In this document: positions 44,901-54,849 of the stretch, in pieces | Layout of the letters: the number at the start of each line of letters is the position of its first letter | How positions within the stretch are numbered: the first letter of the stretch is position 1 | Source of the DNA: Chloropicon primus | Taxonomy: Eukaryota | Reading direction: 5' to 3' | NCBI GenBank assembly: GCA_023205875.1 | Contig: CP060772.1 | Span: forward strand, 310,001-374,000 | DNA: 64,000 nucleotides | Position numbers and translations under genes: made by a program | The notes under the pieces: model-generated | The model's database searches: none | What the model was told of the DNA's origin: nothing | The model's input: only the letters and a program-made list of their open reading frames with translations

Positions 44901-45655
44901 GGAGAGCGGGGATCGAGAAGATTGTCCTTTCCCTCTCCAAGTCGCACTTGCTGAAGCCGATGTACCGCAAGAACTTGCCGGTCATCGGCCAAGGCCAAGT
45001 CCTGAGGCGTCACATCGCCATCGAGCTAAACTCCAACGCCAAGCTGGAGAGCGCCACCTACGTGAGATCCTTGCAGTGCCTGAACAGGTCCTTGATCCGG
45101 CTGGAGAGGAAGGGAAACCGGGAGGCGGATCAAGGTCAGAGCGTCTTGGAGAGCAAACTCTTGGAGAAGGTGGGCCAGCACTTGGAGTACACCGGCCAGC
45201 ACAACCCTTTCCACAAGGTCTACCACACCTTTGTGGAGGCCAAGGAGGACGACAGCATCGCAATCACTCTGTTGATTCTGTCGTGCCTCTTCGCCAGTGA
45301 CTACGTGTACCAGAAGCAGGCGAACAGCAGCGGAAACTCCATCGTCCCCGTGAAGAAGAACAAGCACACACCCGATTTTGTTGTCACGACCGTGGGCTTG
45401 ATGACCATTCTTCAGCAGCTCGCCCTCTCGACGAGGATCGAGTACCTCGAGCTGCTCCAGCAGTATTACAGGGCCAAGCTGAAGCAAGCTTGTGACTCGG
45501 AGCAGCTCGCAGCGGGAACGAAGATCGGGAACGAGGTACTGGTCCTCAACCGGTTCATTAGGCTACTGATTCAGCTTTTGGGCATCGAGGGGTATGCTCT
45601 GCCAAAGCTTCTGGAGGACGCCACGGTGGACATCGACATCGAGCTGGTCGCTTGA
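41918..45655 (+). CDS. WASHC5: Strumpellin (WASH complex subunit 5)
   Basis: LLSLVSRAHALNAELLRLS, YKEVLFDFDYLK, GAYIQST, GKQL..EA...GVMLL, HRSRALAHQAAML, DKHFADNWVV, LEYIQDY...GLAIWQEE. Confidence 0.93.
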   Translation: MESPNVVGVGGGFDDEVHTAAIDSLLSLVSRAHALNAELLRLSRRVSPLVFNSSFHTKYKEVLFDFDYLKAPEHHEDKIERSADLLELSDGLKEEYLTVFKRYFTLFEHLVQYHEDLSQITQDLQKGAYIQSTIDGLLQDREGKQLILEAFSMLGVMLLLLDKEIPAKQRQIVIVSTYRYVGTADIPNFEAICSLCANTAYQGQGQGQAFGVQKMPKGYPASLFARMPIPKEFVSKIVMRLLSEDFYNQLVYFSLEGNHRSRALAHQAAMLFVLLFFREDILEQEFSVMRELFDKHFADNWVVCVYPTLYLDVTTAWYDYKAAQKAMHSVITPERAREVTNRHFQAFARGAKDVEDVLHDGVLNAKKIMDLKSTDRGGEDGKYLEQHAKRITKVVQSCNVSMRWLLLNVFTEHSHSKVVRACVGGIADAARDIVKVLLALVVVENELMQVVRDLVSTKKERWERTQEDIILLLSDLGAFYSGTQVLSRREEVKDEGLQKYFEQMAKHVKKLDMSKPTSCGRKIQQITQALKDVEDFHQLQVSLQTKEYLHRVRRMLVKMTHIASVSDHDVRTCEVAADCSHAFQLFDHLIPHLHRRIAHDSVGNVRDSNSALSLKFLFIKLRSVLDWPLLRISEAESPDLQSVSEFWSGELIKFVTRVTECIPYSMFVKLDDIFVLQTHKLRELPTKLERTQLRNYVFAQDRQSLARVTYSIAMLTEGMMKIETTQLGVEVVEPSVLLEKGVRKQLVRRMTQCLQRELTEFEAKASAGKSSVTSIFSSSSSSLSNRSKVFEDSLVSTRRNLNGIRRSLEYIQDYMQVHGLAIWQEELCKLTKIIVDKELKLRSARTRYQDSRTNIVGLSKFKQLGSDDSEDYLLQAIERELDSSGQRSAKQTFLGSVYDELVLLTNPYESIYSFSLCGWFHSSTGKEEIGLNSFELIRGAVAVSGMHGLDKIVQLEIYNAVRDTSVFLNKLLQHSLRDDVTHLRELMLNRKDARWRAGIEKIVLSLSKSHLLKPMYRKNLPVIGQGQVLRRHIAIELNSNAKLESATYVRSLQCLNRSLIRLERKGNREADQGQSVLESKLLEKVGQHLEYTGQHNPFHKVYHTFVEAKEDDSIAITLLILSCLFASDYVYQKQANSSGNSIVPVKKNKHTPDFVVTTVGLMTILQQLALSTRIEYLELLQQYYRAKLKQACDSEQLAAGTKIGNEVLVLNRFIRLLIQLLGIEGYALPKLLEDATVDIDIELVA

Positions 45656-45749
45656 GGAGGAGAAGGAGGAGGAAGAAGAAAAATTCTTTGCTCTTTGTGT
45701 ATTTTATATAGAACACGATACAAAGGGTTGTTTTCGCATCGCAATCAAA

Positions 45750-46679
45750 TCAGTACTTGAGCCTCGCCACCCTCTTGAAAGACAAGTGCTGATCGGCGTA
45801 ATCGGCCTCGATCTCGTCCAGAACCGATTCGAGGTGTCCCTTCCCTATCACCCCGACGACCTCGGTGCAGTTCGTCACGGCCTTGGACCTCTTGAGAGTC
45901 CACGCCATGTACCGGTCCCTCTCCTTGAAGAGCGGCTCGACCAGGCCAGGAAACGTCTCAGTGACCTGCTCGAAGACGAGGTCGAGGTTCAGTTCGGACT
46001 CCATGGTCGAGATTTGCGTCGCGACTTCCCTGCTCACTTGGTCCTGGTTGACAAGCGTGCTGGCCAGCACCAAGGCTAGCTTCAGCCGCTCCTCCATCGT
46101 CAAGTTGACCCAGCACCGCTTCAGCGTGATGTCGATCGGTCGATCCCCAAGCACGACCTCGGCGTCCACGTCTCTCGCGCTCTTCACGGCCTGCCGAAAC
46201 TCCACGCCGGGAACCACGTTGAGCTCCCGGCCGATGCGATCCGCTTGGGACGAGAGCACCTTCCTCAGAATCCATTTGGTCGTCCTTTCCACCCAAGTTT
46301 CTGTCTCCAAGCTCGAGCGCGAAGGGGGAGACGCCAAGGCGCCGCTCGCGCTTCTGTCCTCGGGCCCCTCCCCTTGCCCAAGGGGCGCCAAATTCAACGC
46401 TCCAGAACGCTTCTTACAGAGCTCCACCACAACGGCCTGCGGCCTCACCGCCTCGATCACCTCCCTCACGTCTGCCGCCGATGCCTCCGACACGTGGCAC
46501 GTCCCGAGGACAAATATTGTTTCAGGCTCCCGCGGCTCCCCTTGTCCCTTCCAGAACCTCCTCTCCCTCCTCCTCTCATCGTACTCGGCCGGCTTCCGAC
46601 TCACGCGAAGCACGCCTCTTCTGACCAGTGGAGCCAGCCTCGGATACTTCCTCTCCACAAACTTGAGAGAATTATCCAT
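45750..46679 (-). CDS. TraB/PrgY family protein (TrabD-like)
   Basis: IFVLGTCHVS..SA..V...I....PQAVVVELC..R, PGVEFR.A, LGDRPIDITLKR, ERDRYMA, VVGVIGKGHL. Confidence 0.92.
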   Translation of the reverse strand: MDNSLKFVERKYPRLAPLVRRGVLRVSRKPAEYDERRRERRFWKGQGEPREPETIFVLGTCHVSEASAADVREVIEAVRPQAVVVELCKKRSGALNLAPLGQGEGPEDRSASGALASPPSRSSLETETWVERTTKWILRKVLSSQADRIGRELNVVPGVEFRQAVKSARDVDAEVVLGDRPIDITLKRCWVNLTMEERLKLALVLASTLVNQDQVSREVATQISTMESELNLDLVFEQVTETFPGLVEPLFKERDRYMAWTLKRSKAVTNCTEVVGVIGKGHLESVLDEIEADYADQHLSFKRVARLKY

Positions 46680-47037
46680 TCAGATGAAGACCCGAGCACC
46701 TTTGACTCCCCTCGTCCTAATGCAGAGCCATGGCGAGCGTCTTCCACCCTCTGCTTCACCCTCTGCCTCTCCTACCTGGTGACCAGCACAGACAAAAACC
46801 AACGCCAAAAAGTCAGTCATTCCTTCCTAGCAACTTCACCAAAGCTTCGTTTCGGCCGTGCGGGTGCGCTTTCGAACGCTAGCGAGATGCGTTTTCGAAT
46901 GACCCGTCGTTCTCTTCCTCTTCTCCTCACCTCGTTCCCTCCTTGTCACGAGAAAACCATCATCCGAGGCAAAAACGTTTGACAAAAGTCAGTCCATGAA
47001 GCACAGAAACTTCACCAGGGCACCAAACTCGTCATGG

Positions 47038-47516
47038 GAGGCATCGTTGGAAAGATCTCGAGAAGATCTTTCCATGGATACCTCACTCGCCTCCATCGCG
47101 CCTCACCTTGACCCCCTTGTCCCCCCTTTCGCGTCCCGATGGCCTCTCTCCTCCTCTCCTCTCTGCGCACCACGAGTTCCTCGGCAAAACGCCGCCTTCT
47201 GCGCGGAGGAGGAGCTCGAAGAGAGCTCGAACTTTGACAGAGTCCAGAGGACGCATCCGTGCGTGAAACGAGTCGACGAGTGGATCAATCGAAAGAGATC
47301 AAGAAGATCTTTCCATCGATACCTCACTCGACCCAAACCTCGCTCCATCACGTTCTAAAGCTTTGGTTTGATCCGACCGTGATTGACGAATTGGTTCCGA
47401 CGAGCAACACAACTGTTCCGAATCGTAACGCACGCGTTCTGTCGTTACACGAGTCGCCGTGAGGATCGTTCGAAAGAGCGTCTCGCGATCTTTCCATTGA
47501 TACCGTACTCGACCCC
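47038..47516. promoter_or_regulatory. Three complete GAAAG-N13-CTTTC dyad motifs (centres 47061, 47302, 47483) in the TraB/NAA15 divergent promoter
   Basis: GAAAG ATCTCGAGAAGAT CTTTC; GAAAG AGATCAAGAAGAT CTTTC; GAAAG AGCGTCTCGCGAT CTTTC. Each is followed by CA..GATACC(1-2 nt).ACTCG. Confidence 0.7.
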
Positions 47517-47558
47517 ATTGTGTTCTCATCGCGTCCTCAAGTTTGAGTTTGATTGAAG

Positions 47559-50450
47559 ATGAGCAAGGGAAAGAAAGTTGGAGGCACCAAGTTGTCTCCC
47601 GAGGAGAAGAGGCAGCTTCCGAGCAAAGAGCAGAGCTTGTTCCGACAGATCGTGAAGTTTTACGAGACGAAGCAGTACAAGAAAGGTTTGAAAGCAGCGG
47701 AACAGATCCTGAAGAAGCATCCAGAGCATGGAGAGACCTTATCGATGAAGGGATTGACTTTGAACTGTCTGGAGAGGAAGGAGGAAGCGTACGAGTTCGT
47801 GAAGAAAGGTTTGAGGAATGACTTGAGTTCCCACGTGTGCTGGCACGTGTTCGGTTTGCTCTACAGGAGTGATCACGATTACAAGGAAGCGATCAAGTGT
47901 TACCTGAATGCTTTGAGGTTGGATAAGGAGAACATTCAGATACTGAGGGACTTGTCTTTGCTCCAGATCCAGATGAGAGACTTGAATGGTTTCGTGCAGA
48001 CCAGGAGGCAGCTGCTTACGCTGAGGCCAGCGCAGAGGACCAACTGGATAGCATTCGCGGTGTCACATCACTTGGTGCGTAACTATGACATGTGCCTGCA
48101 TGTGATCGATGCGTACGAGAAGACAACGACGCAGGACACGGCCAAGGCCCAGGACCAGAAGAAGGACAGGGGGAACGACTCTTCGTCTTCTTCTTCGAAC
48201 AATAACAGCAGCGGGAGCGGCAGCTCGAGCCCGGACGAGCAGTTCGAGACGAGCGAGATGGTCCTGTACAAGGCGAGGGTAATGGAGGAGAGCAAGCAGT
48301 TCGACAAGGCGATTGGCTTGATACTGAGCGAGGACAACAAGTTGCTCGACAAGCTGGGGGCCAAGGAGGCCTTGGGCAGGATGTACCTTGGCAGCGGCCA
48401 GCTCGACAAGGCGGAGGCGCTCTACAGGGAGCTGATCGACAGGAACCCGGAGAACACAAGGTATCACGACGGGCTCTTCAACGCCATGGAGCTGCTCGGA
48501 GTCGACAAGGGGTTCGAGGAGGACGTCCTGCCCCTCCAAGTGAGGCAGAAGATGATACGCGAGTACGAGGCCTTGAAAGAGAAGCACCCAAAGTGCATAG
48601 CTTTTGTTCGGAGGATCATCGATTTGCACTCGTGCGAGGACGACCCGAAGGGGGAGAACTTTGCCAACGCGGTGGACGTCTACGCCCGCCCCTGGCTGAA
48701 GAAGGGCGTCCCCTCTCTCTTCCAGTCTCTCAAGGCGCTTTACAAGAACGACAAGAACGTGGATCTGATTGGCAACTTGTTTGAGAGCTACGAGAAGTCT
48801 CTCCGCGGCGAGGAGAAGCTCCCCAAGGAGGAGGACAAGCAGGCCCCAGACGTGTTGGTTTGGGTCCTGGCCTTCCTCGCGCAACATTACGACTACGTCG
48901 GGCAGATCCAGAAGGCGTTGGAAAAGGTTGACAGCGCCATCTCTCACACGCCGACAGTCATCGAGCTCTACACGATCAAGTCAAAGATCATGAAGCATGC
49001 TGGGCACTTGGACAGCGCCGCCCTGCTTTCGGACCACGCCAGGCAGCTTGATCTTGCGGACAGGTACTTGAATTGCCACACCGTGAAGTACATGCTTCGG
49101 GCCGGCCAGATTAATGAGGCGAACAGCCTCGCCGTGCTCTTCACCAAGGACAACGTGTCCTCGAATTCGAAAGACGAGGACAAGAAGAAGAAGGAGAAGA
49201 CTGATCCGCTGGAGAGCTTGAAGAACCTGCACGAGATGCAGTGCATGTGGTACGAGTATGAGATCGGGAGGGCTTACCTGAAGCTGGCGCACTCGGACAA
49301 TGGCTTCGAGAACACGGGAAGGGCTCTGCACAAGTTCAATTACATCCTCAAGCACTTTGACGACATGCAAGAGGATCAATTCGACTTCCACAGCTACTGC
49401 TTGAGGAAGATGACCCTGAGGAGCTACCTGGACATGCTCAAGTTCGAGGACAAGATTTACGCGCATCCCTTCTACTCCAAGGGAGCGTGGGGGGCCATCA
49501 GGTGCTACCTGCAGCTCCACGACGACCCTCCCTCGGAGCGGAAGCAGAAGGAGCAGGAGCAGGAGGAGCTCATGCTCGCCAAGATGACTCCCAACGAGAG
49601 GAAGAAGTACAAAGCAAAGCAGAGGAAGCTGGCGAAACAGAAGCAGCAGCAGAGTGAGGCGGAGTCCGCTGCCGACGCAAAGGAGGGAGGAAAGGGCAAC
49701 AAGGACACGAGGCCCTTCTTGGTGAAGGAGGAAGAAGAGTCCCAGAAGCTGCTGTACACAGAGAAGCCCCTCGAGGAGGCCCACAAGCTCTTGCAGAAAC
49801 TGCAAGAGTACCAGAAGGATGACCCCCAGGTCGACACTCAGCTGCTTTTGTTTGAGTGGGCGATGCGCAGCAATAAATTATTGATGGCCCTGCAAGCCGT
49901 GAGAAGGGCGTTGAAGATCGACAGGAAGCATCCAGAGGCACACAAAGCCTTCGTCAGGCTCGTGCTGGAGAATCAGAAGGAGGGGGACTGCAAGAAGAAG
50001 CTGCACCCCGTCGTAGACAAGGTGATGACGAATTACATCACTGAGATCATAGGGAGCGCCTCCACGCTGGAAGAATACACGAAGAACTACATTGAAGTGG
50101 TAGGGTCTACGTCAATGTTGCACGGCTTGGCAGGTGTAGAGGCCATGTGCCTGGTGAAACCAAGGGAAAACGCAGAGGAGCTACTGAAGAAGAACCTCAT
50201 TGGCAAATCTTGGTTCGGAGCGAGCTACCTCAGCGGCAGAGTGACTACGCACGAGAGCTGCGAAGCTGTTCACAAGTGCCTCCAGAGGGAAGACAAGTTC
50301 CGAGTCCTTGAGCAGGAGTGGAAGCAAAATTGCGCGAAGCACTTCCCGTACTCGGCTTACTTTGAGGGCTCGCGGGTTGCTGAACTGGCGGAAAACCCAA
50401 GCAGCGTTCTCAAGGTCCAAAGCGCTCTTGACAGCCTTGCAATCCAGTAG
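47559..50450 (+). CDS. NAA15: N-alpha-acetyltransferase 15 (NatA auxiliary subunit)
   Basis: LPSKEQSLFRQIVKFYETKQYKKGLKAAEQILKKHPEHGETLSMKGL, SHVCWHVFGL, DLADRYLN, EDQFDFHSYCLRKMTLRSY. Confidence 0.97.
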   Translation: MSKGKKVGGTKLSPEEKRQLPSKEQSLFRQIVKFYETKQYKKGLKAAEQILKKHPEHGETLSMKGLTLNCLERKEEAYEFVKKGLRNDLSSHVCWHVFGLLYRSDHDYKEAIKCYLNALRLDKENIQILRDLSLLQIQMRDLNGFVQTRRQLLTLRPAQRTNWIAFAVSHHLVRNYDMCLHVIDAYEKTTTQDTAKAQDQKKDRGNDSSSSSSNNNSSGSGSSSPDEQFETSEMVLYKARVMEESKQFDKAIGLILSEDNKLLDKLGAKEALGRMYLGSGQLDKAEALYRELIDRNPENTRYHDGLFNAMELLGVDKGFEEDVLPLQVRQKMIREYEALKEKHPKCIAFVRRIIDLHSCEDDPKGENFANAVDVYARPWLKKGVPSLFQSLKALYKNDKNVDLIGNLFESYEKSLRGEEKLPKEEDKQAPDVLVWVLAFLAQHYDYVGQIQKALEKVDSAISHTPTVIELYTIKSKIMKHAGHLDSAALLSDHARQLDLADRYLNCHTVKYMLRAGQINEANSLAVLFTKDNVSSNSKDEDKKKKEKTDPLESLKNLHEMQCMWYEYEIGRAYLKLAHSDNGFENTGRALHKFNYILKHFDDMQEDQFDFHSYCLRKMTLRSYLDMLKFEDKIYAHPFYSKGAWGAIRCYLQLHDDPPSERKQKEQEQEELMLAKMTPNERKKYKAKQRKLAKQKQQQSEAESAADAKEGGKGNKDTRPFLVKEEEESQKLLYTEKPLEEAHKLLQKLQEYQKDDPQVDTQLLLFEWAMRSNKLLMALQAVRRALKIDRKHPEAHKAFVRLVLENQKEGDCKKKLHPVVDKVMTNYITEIIGSASTLEEYTKNYIEVVGSTSMLHGLAGVEAMCLVKPRENAEELLKKNLIGKSWFGASYLSGRVTTHESCEAVHKCLQREDKFRVLEQEWKQNCAKHFPYSAYFEGSRVAELAENPSSVLKVQSALDSLAIQ

Positions 50451-50535
50451 CCCGTATTACAATAAAGGAAGAACATTTTATTTAGGGAATACAAGAGTCT
50501 TAATAACTGATTTGACTCTTTTTTGTCGTTGTTGG

Positions 50536-51935
50536 TCAACTTGTGGCCTTCTCCTGGTCCTGGACCTTCTCCTGCGCCCTCTGCCTGTCTTGCAACTTTC
50601 TTCTGAACTTGGCCATGTTGGCCATCCTCTCCGCGGCGAGGGCATCCAAGATGTCCTTGGTGATGTCGTCCAAATCGTACGTGTGCTGCCAGTTCCAGTC
50701 CCTCCTGGCGTAGCTATCGTCCACACTGTTGGGCCAAGTCAGCGCGATCTCCTCTCTGTAATCAGGCTCGTACTGGACCTGGATCTCTGGAATGAACTTC
50801 CGGATCGATTCGTACACCTCCCTTGGGGTGGCACTGAAAGCCGTTACGTTGTAGACCCTCCTCGTCAAGCTCTCACTCGGCGCGACAAGCAACTCGATGG
50901 CTGATCTCAGACAGTCCTCCATGTGCATGAATGGTAGCTCGATGTCCTCTGACAGGAAGCTCGTGCACTGGTTGTACTTGAGCGCTTCGCTGTACATGTC
51001 CATCACGTAGTCGGTCGTACCGCCCCCGGGAGCGCTTGCGCTGATGATTCCAGGGAAGCGCAGGGACCTAAAGTCAATGCCGTAACGCTCGTGATAATAG
51101 TTGCCCAAGCACTCCAAGTGAAGCTTGGATATGCCGTACATGGTCGTCGGAGAACACACCACGTCGTCGGGAGTCATGTCCTGTGGCGTGGAGGGTCCGA
51201 ACACCGCAATGCTGCTGGGGGCAAAGACGCTGGCAACGGTGGGAGCCTCCTTCGCTGTGCCGGCTCCGGACGCCGAGAACGCCTTGTTCTGCTTGATCTC
51301 TCGAGCGCACTCCAAGATGTTCAAGGACCCCTGCACGTTGACATCGTGCGCTGCAGCAGCAAGTGACGGACAACGACGACCACGATGGCGGACGGGCGGG
51401 TCACAAACAGAGAGGGAGAAAGAGAGAAGGAAAAAAGTCTTCGTCAGTCGCTGCATGATGTCTCGGACGGAAAAGATTCCGTCCCCCGCAACGGAAGGGG
51501 TCTTCCATTGGTTCTTTTGATGCCAAGCTTGGCGCGAGGCCGCCCAAAGGTGGGGCCGGTCGTTGTCTTACCTTTCATGGGGAGCTTCTCTCCCACCGCT
51601 GACAACATGGTGGCAAGATGAACGATTCTGTTGACCTTGAAGGACTTGACGGCGTCTTTCAAGGCTCCCCTGTCACACACGTCCAGCTCGATGGTCTGCA
51701 AGTTGTCGTAGTCGTACCTCTCCTCGTTGAGCTTGCTCGCCGTGGGCTTGGCGACGTCACTAGCAATGACGTTTTCCTCTCCGAAGAGCTGCCTCAGTAT
51801 CGGCATGAAGTCCCTTCCGATCTGACCGAAAGCTCCCGTCACCAAAACCATGTCCTTCTCCTGGGAGCCCAAGTTCTTGGCATACTGCTGCCTCAGACCC
51901 TGGACCCATCGGTAACCGGTCTGCGCGCCGCTCAT
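50536..51935 (-). CDS. TDH: L-threonine 3-dehydrogenase (SDR-type), 2 exons
   Basis: Exons 51935-51572 and 51350-50536. LVTGAFGQIG, IVHLATMLSAVGE, PSSIAVFGP, PTTMYGISK, DFRSLRFPGIIS, PGGGTTDY. Confidence 0.95.
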
Positions 51936-52436
51936 ACTGCTTCAACAACGTCCTTCCTCAACCCCCTTGACAGAGACACGATCAACCGATGACACAAGCA
52001 AGCAACAACGGGCTTCCTGCTTCAAGCACGGGGAAGGAGAGGAAACACAAACAAACAGAAACGAGAGATGCTTTTGGTTTCAGTTCCTCCATTCAAGTCA
52101 TGCAAGTCAGGACTCTTTCCAATGCATTGAAGCGTGACGTTCCCGAGTTGAGGTGTGGCATGTAGGTACTCTTTCGAAAGCTTGTGACATGATGCTTGCA
52201 TCTAGCACTCCCCTTCACCGCTTTCCCCTCCTCTGATCCTCCTGGATCCGTCCAAACTTACTTATGGCAATGGCATCAACACAAACGCGACAAGAGAAAA
52301 CCACGAATAAGTCGGTCAAATCTTCACCAGGACGCCATTCGTTTCGAGACCGATATCTTTCGAAAGCTTACGGCCAGGCGCGTTCGTTCATGCCCAACAC
52401 ACTCTACCTATGCCTCCACTTCTGACACCCCAAAGT

Positions 52437-52640
52437 CTCCAAACTCACCTGTTTCACTGCATCAAAGAGAAAACAAGCAGGTTTCAGTTGTCAAATCTTC
52501 CCCCGAGCGTCATCTTCGCCAAGTGAGGGGTCTATGGAAAGCTCTTGAGGTCAAGCTTCCATCCACGACCGGATCTTTTGCTCCAAGTCTCCACCTTTGC
52601 TTCTCTTTCGCGCTCAAACTCACCTCCTCCTGTGACTTTC
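52437..52640 (-). repeat. Dispersed repeat, family C, copy 2
   Basis: Reverse complement of 22702-22907. Confidence 0.9.
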
Positions 52641-52844
52641 TGAATCTTTTCCTGAGGCCACGCAATAGTCAGGACGTCTAAAGAGATTCTCGACGAACCC
52701 GAGGATGGATGACTCATCATCACCCTCTTTCCCTTTTTGCCTCCCGCGATCCTGGAAACCTGAACCTAAAAACCTAAACCCTAAAACCTTGGGGCTCCGG
52801 AAGAAAAACTTGTCCTTGGGATCAGAACCCCACAAGGGAATGAT

Positions 52845-53350
52845 CCTCTCCTCTCCTCTTCCTCTTCTTCGTGGATGTTGATGTTGATGTTGGTGTTGAT
52901 GAGAAGAGCGTCCTCGCTTCTCCACTCTCTCCACGTCCTCTGGATCCATCCAGATGATCCCTCCCCTTTCCTCTTCTTCGAGGATGTTGATGTTGGTGTT
53001 GGTGTTGATGAGAAGAGCGTCCTCGCTGCTCCACTCTCTCCACGTCCTCTGGATCCATCCAGATGATCCTTCTCCTCTTTCCTCTTCTTCGTTGATGTTG
53101 ATGTTGGTGTTGGTGTTGATGAGAAGAGCGTCCTCGCTTCTCCACTCTCTCCACGTCCTCTGGATCCATCCAGATCATCCTCTCCTCTCCCCTCCTTGGA
53201 AGGAGGCTCTCCTCTTTCCTCTTCTTCGTGGATGTTGATGTTGATGTTGGTGTTGATGAGAAGAGCGTCCTCGCTGCTCCACTCTCTCCTCCTCCTCTCC
53301 ATCCAGATGATCCTCTCCTTGATGTTTGTTCCTGATGTTGATGTTGATGA
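52845..53350. repeat. Tandem repeat, ~4 units of 109-137 bp with (GATGTT/GGTGTT)n
   Basis: GAGAAGAGCGTCCTCGCT at 52901, 53010, 53121 and 53258. Confidence 0.9.
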
Positions 53351-53736
53351 GCTGATGCTCCTCCTCTGCTCCTTCTCCTCCTCTCTCCTCTCCTCCTCCT
53401 TCTCCTGATCCTCTTCCGCGCTGGGAGGAAGCTACCAAGCGATAGGACTCTTCGTGATGTTGAGTCCTGGATCTTCTCCTCCCCCTGGAGGCTGCAAGCT
53501 CGGAAAACTCACTCACTCTTCTTACTTGTCACTCAAAAGATGTCAGGAGACTTGACGGGCGTACCGTACCCGTGAAGGTAACTCATTGACTTGCTCCTCT
53601 TGGGGATCTTCTTCAACGTCCTTTTGAAGTGGAAGGCACGAGAGCATCGCAAAGAAGACAAAGAAGAAAAGTTTGCCGAGTCAGGGTTCAAGAATCACGA
53701 CAATCATCCGCGCCGCTGAGCAGAGCAGAGGTCGTC

Positions 53737-54179
53737 CTACCAGTCTCCGTCATCCGTGACGCTGAAGTTCATGGGGTAACCATTCGTCAAGGGATCCATC
53801 TGCGCCGGCTTGCTCGACCCTTCCCTAGGCTTCGAAGCCGTAAGGGCGATGGTCTGATCGGCCCACTCTTCCGTGAGCGTCGTTGGCACTGCGGGCAGCA
53901 GAACACGAGAAGACAGGAAAGCAAGTCAGTTGAATCCGGCAACCGAAACGAGAAACCAGGACGCTTGGCATCTCACCATCTCCTCCCAAGACCTTCATGT
54001 TCCTGATGGCGTGGAACACGACGCCGGCTAAGAGAGAGCAGAGGAAAGAGAGATCATGTGAAGAAAGTCAACGAGCGTCCGTTCAGGAAAGCAGGAGACG
54101 GAAAGAAACCAGACGCACATCCCACGAATGAAGCCACGAGCATTGGCATGATCTCCTTGGCACCGAGCATGTACGCCAT
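53737..54179 (-). CDS. COX4: Plant-type cytochrome c oxidase subunit 4 (DUF1138/OZI1-like), 3 exons, 87 aa
   Basis: Exons 54179-54119, 54027-53977 and 53888-53737 give MAYMLGAKEIMPMLVASFVGSGVVFHAIRNMKVLGGDVPTTLTEEWADQTIALTASKPREGSSKPAQMDPLTNGYPMNF...; this matches the DUF1138 pattern K.FGG..P.T...EW......WPR....P..MNP. Confidence 0.72.
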
Positions 54180-54849
54180 GACGATTGGATGAATGGATTG
54201 GATTGATAGCAAAACCCTAAAAAGCAAAATCGAGGCAAGATTGTCAGTTAGCCTCCCTCTCTTCCTCACGAGAACGCCATTCGGTTCGAGCGAGGAGTCA
54301 TTCGAAAGAGGAGGACAAGACGCTTCCACCAGTCCCTCCCTCTTCCATACTCTTCCACCTTTCCATCGCTCACATCGCCATCAAACTTGCATCTCACCTC
54401 GCCTCCTCCTCGATAACGCTTCGTCCTCCTCGATAACGCTTCGTTTGGATAAGCGAGTGACTGACAAGGAAGGAAGGTGTCTGGGCTTTGGAAGGTCAAG
54501 GAGAGCGAAGGAGAGCGAAGGGAAGAGAGAGGGAAGGATCATTGGAAAGTACGTCTCACTGGCTTTCCAAAGACACCTCGATCGCTTCGTTTGGCCCTCG
54601 GAGTGATCAGAAGGAGTTGCTTGAAGTTGTTCCTCGAAGCCTTTTGGAGCGAAAGGGAGGGAGGGAGGGAGAGAGAGGGTGGGTGGGAGGGTACTGGGCG
54701 GCGCTTGGGAGGGCATACGACCTTCACTTCTCCGAATCACACACGCAGCGAGGAAAGGGGAGCGTGAGCGGCGAGTTCGAGGAGAGGAAAGGTCTCTGGC
54801 GCATCACAAGAGACGCGACGAACTCGGGCGTTAATCTTCCCAAGAGTAT

